Part shown: positions 16,767 to 23,852 of the stretch, one piece after another
How the letters are laid out: each line of letters opens with the position of its first letter
How positions within the stretch are numbered: position 1 is the stretch's first letter
DNA from: Acidimicrobiales bacterium
Lineage (GTDB): Bacteria > Actinomycetota > Acidimicrobiia > Acidimicrobiales > SZUA-35
Assembly: GCA_048550155.1 (NCBI GenBank)
Contig: JBLYYW010000018.1
Coordinates: 1 to 24,000 of the forward strand
DNA length: 24,000 bases
Direction of reading: 5' to 3'
The notes under the pieces: model-generated
Told to the model about the DNA's origin: nothing
What the model saw: only the letters and a program-made list of their open reading frames with translations
Database searches by the model: none
Translations under genes and position numbers: made by a program

Positions 16767-17015
16767 TCGGATTTCTCCATTTGTGTTGTGGACCGGGGCG
16801 GCGAGCGTCCCGAATCCGTCACTTGGGTGATGGGCCGTAACGTGTTCGCAACATAGCTGGTGATCGGCGGACCCGTACAGTGGTCGACCCCAGACCGGCG
16901 CTGGGGAACCGATCATCCCCCGGACGTGGTTGACAGATGGCTAACTTCGCGCGATAGAACCCAAGCGCAAGTAGTGTCCAAACGGCAAAGTGCGTTTGCG
17001 ACTATGAGAAAACCC

Positions 17016-17897
17016 TTATAAACGCTGGAGAATCGCGTTGTGGGTCGCAAGAACTCGTCGTGCGTTGTCCACGTGGAGGTTCTCGATCATCCGCCCGTCA
17101 ACCGTCGCAACGCCGCTTCCAGCCGCTTCTGCGGCCGAAAACGCAGAAATCACTTTTTTCGCGTTTTCGACCTCTTTTTGGCTAGGAGACCATGTGTCAT
17201 TGCATGTTTCGATCTGGTTTGGGTGAATCAGCGTCTTGCCGTCGAAGCCGAGTTCGAAACCCTGAGCACACTCTGCAGCGAAGCCCTGCGGGTCTTTGAT
17301 GTTGTTGTACACGCCGTCCAGAACAGCGATCTGAGCCGCTCGCGCCGCCAGGATTGTGGCGGCCAAATGAGGAACCAGGTTGGCTCGACCCGCAGTGAGC
17401 GGCGCCCGCAATTCCTTGGCGAGGTCATTGGTTCCCATCACGAATGCGGAGCATCGCGGATGCCGTGCGATGTCCAATGCGTTGAGCACTCCGAGAGGAG
17501 ATTCGATCATGGCCCAGACGCTGACGCTGTCAGAAGCTCCTGCGGCTGACAGCGCCTCGGCCACGGCATCGAGTTCGTCGGCGGTGTCGACCTTGGGAAT
17601 CACGACAGCTGCTGGGGTCGCCTGTGCCGCCGCCGCGATGTCCTCAGCGCCCCACGGAGTGGTGAGGCCGTTGCAGCGGATTGTGAGCAATCGATTCCCG
17701 TACTCACCGCTCGCCACGGCCGCGGCCGCTTTGGCTCGAGCATCAACTTTGGCGTCGGGAGCGACGGCGTCCTCGAGGTCGAAGATGATGGCGTCCGCCG
17801 GCAGTGTCTTCGCCTTTTCGAGTGCTCGATCATTCGCTGATGGCATATAGAGGACACTGCGGAGGACCTCGATATCGGAGGTGTCGTCAGAAGCCAT
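17016..17897 (-). CDS. HpcH/HpaI aldolase / citrate lyase beta-subunit (CitE)-like protein; candidate malyl-CoA thioesterase or acyl-CoA lyase
   Basis: 293 aa. [61 protein letters not shown] and [11 protein letters not shown] are typical CitE-like motifs. The start overlaps the mcl stop by 11 nt. Confidence 0.85.
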   Translation of the reverse strand: MASDDTSDIEVLRSVLYMPSANDRALEKAKTLPADAIIFDLEDAVAPDAKVDARAKAAAAVASGEYGNRLLTIRCNGLTTPWGAEDIAAAAQATPAAVVIPKVDTADELDAVAEALSAAGASDSVSVWAMIESPLGVLNALDIARHPRCSAFVMGTNDLAKELRAPLTAGRANLVPHLAATILAARAAQIAVLDGVYNNIKDPQGFAAECAQGFELGFDGKTLIHPNQIETCNDTWSPSQKEVENAKKVISAFSAAEAAGSGVATVDGRMIENLHVDNARRVLATHNAILQRL

Positions 17898-18951
17898 AGC
17901 TTGCTGCCAGTTCTGGGTCTCGGGCTGCGAGGCTCTTGGCGAGTTCGACCACGACGTGGCACTGCTTCACGCTGGCGTCATCCTCCATCTTGCCGTCCAA
18001 CATGATGGCCCCGGTCCCGTCTCCCATGGCGTCGATCACCCGTTGCGCCTGGGCGACGTCCTCGGGTCGGGGACTGAAGACTTTCTTGGCAACGGCGATC
18101 TGTTTGGGGTGCAGACTCCACGCTCCGACACAACCGAGAAGGTAGGCGTTTCGGAACTGGGCCTCGCAGGCGACGGTGTCGGCGATGTCTCCGAAGGGCC
18201 CATAGAACGGGAGAATCCCGTGGGTCACGCAGGCATCGACCATGCGGGCGATCGTGTAGTGCCAGAGGTCTTGCTGATAGCGATCTCGTGGGGCGTTGAT
18301 ATCGGGCGCACCGTCCTCGCCGGGCGGTGGGTCACCCTGCACCACGTAGTCGGGGTGGCCGCCCCCGACCCGGGTGGTTTTCATTCGACGGTTGGCAGCC
18401 AGATCGGCTGGCCCGAGCGAGATCCCTTGCATCCTGGGTGACGCACCACAGATCGCTTCCACGTTGGAAACCCCGCGGGCTGTTTCGAGGATTGCGTGGA
18501 ACAGTATCGGGTGGGACAGGTTCGCCCTGGCCTCCAGCTGGGCTACCAGCCGATCGGCGTAGTGGATGTCCTCGGGGCCTTCCACCTTCGGGATCATGAT
18601 CACGTCGAGGGAGTCGCCGATCTCGGTCACCAGTGTGGTGAGATCGTCGAGGGCCCACGGTGAGTCAAGACTGTTGATTCTCGTCCACAGTTGTGTGTCA
18701 CCCATGTCGACCGAGCGGCCGACGGCCACCATTCCGGCTCGGGCCGCGTCCTTTTCGGCCATCGGTACGCCGTCTTCCAAGTTACCCAAGAGAATGTCCA
18801 CTGTTGGCGCCATATCAGGCACCTTGGCGACCATCTTGGCGTTGGATGGCGGGAAGAAGTGGATCATGCGGCTGGGTTTGACCGGGATCTCACGCAGCGG
18901 ATCCGGTGCACCAACCGCAAGCGGGCGGAAGAAGTCTTTTGGAGGTCGCAC
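17887..18951 (-). CDS. mcl: L-malyl-CoA/beta-methylmalyl-CoA lyase (Chloroflexus Mcl-type, ~350 aa, HpcH/HpaI family)
   Basis: 354 aa with a GTG start. It appears near-colinear with my recollection of Chloroflexus aurantiacus Mcl: [122 protein letters not shown] and [13 protein letters not shown]. Confidence 0.85.
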   Translation of the reverse strand: MRPPKDFFRPLAVGAPDPLREIPVKPSRMIHFFPPSNAKMVAKVPDMAPTVDILLGNLEDGVPMAEKDAARAGMVAVGRSVDMGDTQLWTRINSLDSPWALDDLTTLVTEIGDSLDVIMIPKVEGPEDIHYADRLVAQLEARANLSHPILFHAILETARGVSNVEAICGASPRMQGISLGPADLAANRRMKTTRVGGGHPDYVVQGDPPPGEDGAPDINAPRDRYQQDLWHYTIARMVDACVTHGILPFYGPFGDIADTVACEAQFRNAYLLGCVGAWSLHPKQIAVAKKVFSPRPEDVAQAQRVIDAMGDGTGAIMLDGKMEDDASVKQCHVVVELAKSLAARDPELAASYGF

Positions 18952-19093
18952 GCTGCCGAGCGTACGCCTCCAATCATGGTCGAATGAAAACGGCGACCGG
19001 GGCCTTGGTCAGATCCGCCGTGATGGCTACGAGGCGTGCTTTCAGAGCCGGGACGCTGCGTTCGCAGCCGTGCCGATTGGGCCTCGCAGGGCC

Positions 19094-19372
19094 CTATCTC
19101 GGGTCCGTTTCGTCGACGTGGTCGACAATGCCGACGATGACAGACCGGATCGGACCCGTGTCGATCCCGAAGATCTGGCGAGCGGACGTTCCTTCATCAC
19201 AAATCAGCACGTTGTCGCCGACCCCTGCGTCCACCACATTCACCGCAATCAAGTAGCGTCCTGTCGGCTCGCCGACCGGGTTGACCTCGTCGCACAACAG
19301 GAGGCGTTGCCCGTCGAAGAAGGGGTGGCTGATTGGCGAGACCACCGTTCCTGCGACCCGTCCGAGCTTCAT
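19094..19372 (-). CDS. BMC-P vertex (pentamer) shell protein, EutN/CcmL/PduN family (paralog 3)
   Basis: 92 aa: MKLGRVAGTVVSPISHPFFDGQRLLLCDEV...IAVNVVDAGVGDNVLICDEGTSARQ...VIVGIVDHVD. This is the canonical EutN/CcmL pattern. It has an ATGA overlap with the upstream BMC-P gene. Confidence 0.9.
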   Translation of the reverse strand: MKLGRVAGTVVSPISHPFFDGQRLLLCDEVNPVGEPTGRYLIAVNVVDAGVGDNVLICDEGTSARQIFGIDTGPIRSVIVGIVDHVDETDPR

Positions 19373-19650
19373 TGTGGACCCCCGGCCAAGGTCACCTCAT
19401 CGACCAGACCCACGATGGCGTGGTCGACGGGCACGAACCTCTCCTCCAGCGCCTCGGCGGCCTCTCGCGAAGCGACGAAGTAGACGAGTTCGCCCGGCCC
19501 GGCCATGGCTACCGCATCGGCGGCGACAATGGGCGAACCGTGGTCCTGTTGATGTTTGTCCAGCGGCTGGACGATCAGAAACCTCACGCCGTCCAGACCC
19601 TCGGACTTGATCGTGGCCACCACCGTGCCCGTTACCCGACCCAGTTGCAT
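19369..19650 (-). CDS. BMC-P vertex shell protein, EutN/CcmL/PduN family (paralog 2)
   Basis: 93 aa: [31 protein letters not shown]...VAADAVAMAGPGELVYFVASREAA...AIVGLVDEV. GGGAG lies 5 nt upstream of the ATG. It has an ATGA overlap with the upstream BMC-T gene. Confidence 0.9.
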   Translation of the reverse strand: MQLGRVTGTVVATIKSEGLDGVRFLIVQPLDKHQQDHGSPIVAADAVAMAGPGELVYFVASREAAEALEERFVPVDHAIVGLVDEVTLAGGPQ

Positions 19651-20282
19651 CAGGTCTCCCGGAGGTCGTGGAGTTGGTGGTTGAATCGCAACCCCAGATC
19701 CATCGTTTTCACCATGTCCTGATGAAGTTGGGGGATCACGGCCGTCGCCACCAACTTGCCGCCTCGCTCGATTTCTTGGGCGGCTCGATCGACCGAGGCC
19801 TCGGTATCGGCCACCGTGCCGGCGAACAAGCAGTATGCCTTGCCTCCCAGGTCGTCGCCGAGTCGAAGGGCCGCCAGGGACACTTCGGCCGCCTTGACGC
19901 CGGCGTCGGCAGCCACGATGGCCGAGGCAACCGAGGCTGTTTCCACAATGCCAACCGCGTCGGGAGTGATCGGCTTGTCCGGTTCGGTTCCGGTGATTGC
20001 AGCTACGACCGCAGGATGGACGTTGGCCAATAGCAAGCTGTCCACCACGGTGTTGGTTCCTCCGGCCTCGAGCGCGATCTCTACTGCAGCGGTGTCGCCA
20101 CCGACCAGAACCACATACCGGCCGGGGTGTACCGTGCCCGCATACAGCGCGGCCACCGGCGACGCCTTGGCCATGGCGTCGGCTCCGACGATGCCTGCCA
20201 CGATCGAGTCGAACTCGAGTAGGCCGATTGCGGGGTCGAATTGGGCGAAACCGGTTTCAGACAAGGCGTAGCGCTCCAACAA
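19650..20282 (-). CDS. BMC-T shell protein with tandem BMC domains, PduT-like
   Basis: 210 aa with a TTG start (no ATG or GTG alternative before the first BMC domain). Two BMC domains are present: AIGLLEFDSIVAGIVGADAMAKAS... and AVGIVETASVASAIVAADAGVKAAEV.... By recollection it is colinear with Salmonella PduT (LVLANIHPSVLPAISG versus LLLANVHPAVVAAITG). It overlaps the AldDH 3' end by 26 nt. Confidence 0.88.
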   Translation of the reverse strand: MLERYALSETGFAQFDPAIGLLEFDSIVAGIVGADAMAKASPVAALYAGTVHPGRYVVLVGGDTAAVEIALEAGGTNTVVDSLLLANVHPAVVAAITGTEPDKPITPDAVGIVETASVASAIVAADAGVKAAEVSLAALRLGDDLGGKAYCLFAGTVADTEASVDRAAQEIERGGKLVATAVIPQLHQDMVKTMDLGLRFNHQLHDLRET

Positions 20283-21714
20283 CAGTCACCCTGCGAATTC
20301 GGGAAAACGTACGAGGCCGGGTGAGGCCTTCGCCGGTTGGACTGGCTATCGAGAACGACGAGTACCCCTCGCCGGCCTGACCGAGACCTGCGAAGTTGGG
20401 CCCGTTCGCCACCAAGATCGAACAGTTCATGGCACGAGCCATCGTGGTGATCGTGTCGACGTTGGTCGAGTGGATCGAGGCGGTATGGCGGAACCCGTGT
20501 TCGGACCGGACTGCCAGGTCGATGGCCTGGTCGACGTTCTTGACCCGTACGACCGGCATCACCGGCATCATCTGTTCGGTCCACACCAGCGAGTGATCGG
20601 ACCGGACCTCGGCCAGGAGTAGCCGCACATCGCCTTCGACGCTCACGCCGATCTCCCCGAGGAGTTCACCGGCGTTCTTGCCAATCCACACAGGATTGAT
20701 GGCCCCCGGCTTGTTGGCCGCTCCCATCTTGTTGAAGATTACCCGCTCCAAACGCCGCAGCTCGTGTTCCTTGAGCCGGTAGGCGCCGGCCTTCACCATG
20801 GCCCGCACCAGCGCGTCAGCCACGGTGTCGACGACGATCGTGGTCTTCTCGTCCGCGCACACGATGTTGTTGTCGAACGATGCGCCTCGCACGATGTCGG
20901 TGGCCGCCTTGGCGATGTCGGCGGTTTGGTCGACCACCGCCGGCGGGTTGCCGGGCCCGGCCGTGATCGCCTTCTTCGGGCTGCGCAACGCCTCGCCGAC
21001 GACGGCCGGGCCACCGGTGACCAGCAGAACCCGCACGTCGGGGTGGGCCATCAATGCCTGAGCCGATTCCAGAGTTGGATGGGCCACCGCGGTGATGAGG
21101 TTGGGTGGTCCGCCGGCTCCGACGATGGCCCGGTTCAGGAGCTTGATGTTCTCCATCGACACCTGGCGGGCGCCAGGATGCACGTTGAACGCAACCGCAT
21201 TGCCGGCAGAGATGATCGCGATGCTGTTGTTGATGATGGTCGATGTGGGGTTTGTGGTCGGGGTTATCGAGCCGATGACGCCGTAGGGGGCGTACTCGCT
21301 CAGCATCATGCCCTCGTCACCGGTGACGACATGGGGCTCCAAGTCTTCGGGACCCGGGGTTTTGGTGGTGACCAAGTGGTTCTTCACCACCTTGTCCTCC
21401 GGGCGGCCCAACCCGGTTTCGGCATGAGCCATGTAGGCCAGCCGTTCACCTTCGCGGAGCATGGAGGCTCGCATCGCCTCAACGATGACCCGACGAACGT
21501 CCAGTCCCATCTTGCCGTAGGTTGCGGACGCCTGGAAAGCGGCTCTGACGGCGGCATCGACCGTTTCGAAGATGCCGTCACCGAGGAGTTCGTCCGGTGT
21601 GCCCAGCGCATCGGCGGCTCGAAGGGCGGATCCTTCGCTGAGGCCACCCTGGGCCCCGGCTACCCGGCCCCGGACGCGTTCGATGATCGACTGGACCTCG
21701 TGGTCGCTCAGCAC
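20257..21714 (-). CDS. CoA-acylating aldehyde dehydrogenase (PduP/EutE-like) with an N-terminal encapsulation-peptide-like helix
   Basis: 485 aa with a GTG start 7 nt after the BMC-P stop. The catalytic-Cys context SFDNNIVCADEKT matches the PduP/EutE F-D-N-N-x-x-C-x-A-E-K pattern. The N-terminal SDHEVQSIIERVRGRV is an amphipathic helix, followed by a Gly/Ala-rich linker before the core (GIFETVDAAVRAA). Confidence 0.9.
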   Translation of the reverse strand: MLSDHEVQSIIERVRGRVAGAQGGLSEGSALRAADALGTPDELLGDGIFETVDAAVRAAFQASATYGKMGLDVRRVIVEAMRASMLREGERLAYMAHAETGLGRPEDKVVKNHLVTTKTPGPEDLEPHVVTGDEGMMLSEYAPYGVIGSITPTTNPTSTIINNSIAIISAGNAVAFNVHPGARQVSMENIKLLNRAIVGAGGPPNLITAVAHPTLESAQALMAHPDVRVLLVTGGPAVVGEALRSPKKAITAGPGNPPAVVDQTADIAKAATDIVRGASFDNNIVCADEKTTIVVDTVADALVRAMVKAGAYRLKEHELRRLERVIFNKMGAANKPGAINPVWIGKNAGELLGEIGVSVEGDVRLLLAEVRSDHSLVWTEQMMPVMPVVRVKNVDQAIDLAVRSEHGFRHTASIHSTNVDTITTMARAMNCSILVANGPNFAGLGQAGEGYSSFSIASPTGEGLTRPRTFSRIRRVTVVGALRLV

Positions 21715-21721
21715 CGCGTAC

Positions 21722-22009
21722 TCACTTCCGGTACACCGTTTCGCCGTCGACCTCCCAGGTGTCGACGATGGCCATGACCACCGCGTCGCAAGGCTTGTTC
21801 TGCGTGACGCCGGTCTGGCGAGCCGAACTGCCCGAGGCGTACATCACCACTTCGCCGACGCCGGCGCCCACTGCGTCGACGGCCACGACATAACCACCGC
21901 TGTCGCTGTTGTCGACTCCGATCTGACGCACCAGCAGGAAGGTCAAACCCTCGATGAGCGGCTCCTTTTGACTGGCCACAACGGTGCCGGTCACACGTCC
22001 GAGGAGCAC
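21722..22009 (-). CDS. BMC-P vertex shell protein, EutN/CcmL/PduN family (paralog 1)
   Basis: The ORF track gives 21722..22147. The family-typical N-terminus V(M)[15 protein letters not shown] begins at the GTG at 22009, 4 nt after the BMC-H stop. The rest reads ...FLLVRQIG...[25 protein letters not shown]...[13 protein letters not shown]. Confidence 0.85.
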   Translation of the reverse strand: MLLGRVTGTVVASQKEPLIEGLTFLLVRQIGVDNSDSGGYVVAVDAVGAGVGEVVMYASGSSARQTGVTQNKPCDAVVMAIVDTWEVDGETVYRK

Positions 22010-22013
22010 TGGC

Positions 22014-22316
22014 TCAGCCCGACTCTGCAGCGGCCTCGTCGGCTCGACCGAGGGGAAGAACCGTGTCGATGTTGACATGGGGGCGGGCGATGACGTGGGT
22101 TGCGATAACTTCACCGACCTTTTCCGCGCCGCGAACGCCTGAATCAACCGCAGCCTTCACTGCGGCCACGTCGCCACGAACAACGGCAGTGACGTAGCCG
22201 CCACCGGTCGATTCGTAGGACACCAAGTCGACCTTGGCTGCCTTGACCATCGCATCGGCGGCTTCCACCATCGCTGCGAAACTCCTGCACTCAATCATGC
22301 CTAGCGCTTCAGCCAT
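22014..22316 (-). CDS. BMC-H hexameric shell protein (PduA/EutM/CcmK-like single BMC domain)
   Basis: The ORF track gives 22014..22571. The real start is the ATG at 22316, with GGGAG 6 nt upstream. The sequence [80 protein letters not shown] is a textbook Pfam BMC domain. The start overlaps the upstream BMC-T stop (ATGGCTGA). Confidence 0.92.
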   Translation of the reverse strand: MAEALGMIECRSFAAMVEAADAMVKAAKVDLVSYESTGGGYVTAVVRGDVAAVKAAVDSGVRGAEKVGEVIATHVIARPHVNIDTVLPLGRADEAAAESG

Positions 22317-23010
22317 TACTGGCTCCCTTCTTGTTTCGGGTTGTTGTTGTCTTCTGTGCTGTTGGCTTCGGGGCTGGCGCCTTGTGAGGCTCGCGGCCAT
22401 CCATGCCCTCGAGCGCCGCGACCGCGGCCCGCCAGCCAGCATCGATATCCCGCTCCTCGCCACCGAGGTACACCCGTCCCATGGCCCCAGCCGCCCGGAC
22501 CTCCAGCACATTGATGTCGGCCGCCTTCTCGGCCTCGTTGGCGGCGAGCGCGGCATACGCTGCTGGCTCACATTCCAACACGTACAACGTCTGGCCGGGC
22601 ACGATCATCTGGCCGTGGCGCATGCGATTGATGAGCTGTGCGTGATGGTCGTCGATGCGTCGGATGATCTGGCTGGACATGATCCTGGGCTTGAGCCGGT
22701 CTGACTCTGCCATCCCCAACGAATCCAGAATTGCCGCTCCCGCCGCCCGGGTCTCGGCTTGGTCGGGGGAGTGCACCTCCAACAAGCCGTAGTAGCGCTC
22801 GATGATCTGCATCCCCGGTTTCACACGGGTCGCTTTCAGGGCAACGTCGGTGAGCCGATTGATCTCGATTCCGGGCGCCACCTCGACGTACAGAGAGGCA
22901 TCACCCGCCAGGGGGAGGAACCCTTGAGCGACGGTTCCCAAGAATGCGGCGTATTGCGGTTGGAGGCTGTCCAAAAAGGCGAAGGACCGGATCTCAATAG
23001 CTGTTTCCAC
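22309..23010 (-). CDS. BMC-T shell protein with tandem permuted BMC domains, CcmP/CsoS1D-like (BMC-T double-stacking type), with a Lys/Thr/Pro-rich C-terminal tail
   Basis: The ORF track starts at the TTG at 23034. The preferred start is the GTG at 23010, preceded by AAGGAG-N6. [57 protein letters not shown]...[29 protein letters not shown]...[24 protein letters not shown]...[18 protein letters not shown] closely follows my recollection of cyanobacterial CcmP. The tail is [24 protein letters not shown]. Confidence 0.85.
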   Translation of the reverse strand: METAIEIRSFAFLDSLQPQYAAFLGTVAQGFLPLAGDASLYVEVAPGIEINRLTDVALKATRVKPGMQIIERYYGLLEVHSPDQAETRAAGAAILDSLGMAESDRLKPRIMSSQIIRRIDDHHAQLINRMRHGQMIVPGQTLYVLECEPAAYAALAANEAEKAADINVLEVRAAGAMGRVYLGGEERDIDAGWRAAVAALEGMDGREPHKAPAPKPTAQKTTTTRNKKGASNG

Positions 23011-23842
23011 TGCTGTCTCCTTCGTTTGGGCCAACGATTTGTACTCCGGCCGAAGCTCCGATTCTGGTCGCCCCAGCCGCGATCATGTCCTCGACATCCG
23101 ATTTGGTCCGCACTCCGCCTGACGCCTTGACACCCATGTCGGGCCCAACGGTTTCGCGCATGAGGGCCACGTCGTACACGGTGGCGCCACCGCCACTGAA
23201 TCCGGTTGACGTTTTCACGAAGTCGGCCTTCGCCTTCTTTGCCAGAGACGAGGCAACCACCTTCTCTTCGTCTGTCAACAACGAGGTTTCGAGGATGACT
23301 TTGACGATCGCCCCCGCTTCGTGCGCAGAATCGACCACCTTTGCGATATCGACCAGCACGGTCTGGTGATCTCCCGATTTGAGCGCTCCGACGTTGATGA
23401 CCATGTCGACCTCTCTGGCGCCGTCACGAATGGCTCGCCGAGCCTCCATGGCCTTTATCTCCGCTGTCGCTGCGCCCAGAGGGAAGCCGATGACCGAACA
23501 CACCTTCACTTCGCTGCCCCGCAGGTGTGTCGCTGCCCGTTTGACCCATGTCGGATTCACACACACCGAGGCGAACTGGAACTTCTCGGCTTCTTGGCAG
23601 AGCCGGTCGATGTCGTCAGCGGTTGTCTCGGGCTTCAAGGCGGTGTGGTCTATGTACTTGGCCAGGTCGAGTGGGACCTCCGACGCGTCACCGTGGAACG
23701 CCACCCGGTCTGCCCCGTTCACGATCACCTGGCGGACGCCTTCGGGCGTCTCGCAGCGATCTGCCTGACTGGCCAGCGTGCTCATGACCTCTTTGGTAAT
23801 GAGTTCGATGAGTAGCTCCCGGTCCAAGGGTTGATCGGTCAC
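22994..23842 (-). CDS. deoC: Deoxyribose-phosphate aldolase (DERA, DeoC/LacD class I aldolase family) with an N-terminal extension of about 58 aa carrying an encapsulation-peptide-like helix
   Basis: The ORF maximum is 22994..23863 (GTG). The preferred start is the GTG at 23842, preceded by GAGGAG-N6. The DeoC core shows [25 protein letters not shown] and [13 protein letters not shown]. The Schiff-base Lys context is DFVKTSTGF, followed by [10 protein letters not shown]. The N-terminal [21 protein letters not shown] is an amphipathic helix. Confidence 0.9.
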   Translation of the reverse strand: MTDQPLDRELLIELITKEVMSTLASQADRCETPEGVRQVIVNGADRVAFHGDASEVPLDLAKYIDHTALKPETTADDIDRLCQEAEKFQFASVCVNPTWVKRAATHLRGSEVKVCSVIGFPLGAATAEIKAMEARRAIRDGAREVDMVINVGALKSGDHQTVLVDIAKVVDSAHEAGAIVKVILETSLLTDEEKVVASSLAKKAKADFVKTSTGFSGGGATVYDVALMRETVGPDMGVKASGGVRTKSDVEDMIAAGATRIGASAGVQIVGPNEGDSSGNSY

Positions 23843-23852
23843 GCTTGACTCC

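Noticed and set aside
16860-16916. GGUUCC ... GGGUCCG on the minus strand, reminiscent of guanidine-I (ykkC) riboswitch core sequences.
   Set aside because: There are only two short partial matches. The surrounding conserved nucleotides (AGGGUUCCG, GGUCCGAGAG, ACGR) are absent. The downstream DUF389 gene is not a typical ykkC-regulated gene.
16930-16935. Perfect TTGACA -35-like hexamer on the + strand.
   Set aside because: No acceptable TANNNT -10 lies at 16-19 nt spacing, and there is no + strand gene downstream. At most it could drive antisense transcription, which is unsupported.
18952-19093. GC hairpins after the last BMC-P stop (GGGCC-N6-GGCCC at 19079-19094, GCTGCG-TT-CGCAGC at 19055-19068), considered as a possible intrinsic terminator separating the BMC operon from mcl.
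   Set aside because: The stems are short (5-6 bp) and neither is followed by a U-tract on the minus strand. A weak GACC-N8-GGTC stem followed by GCCGTTTTCATT lies near 18985-19010. I cannot call a terminator or exclude read-through, so co-transcription is left as an open question in the findings.
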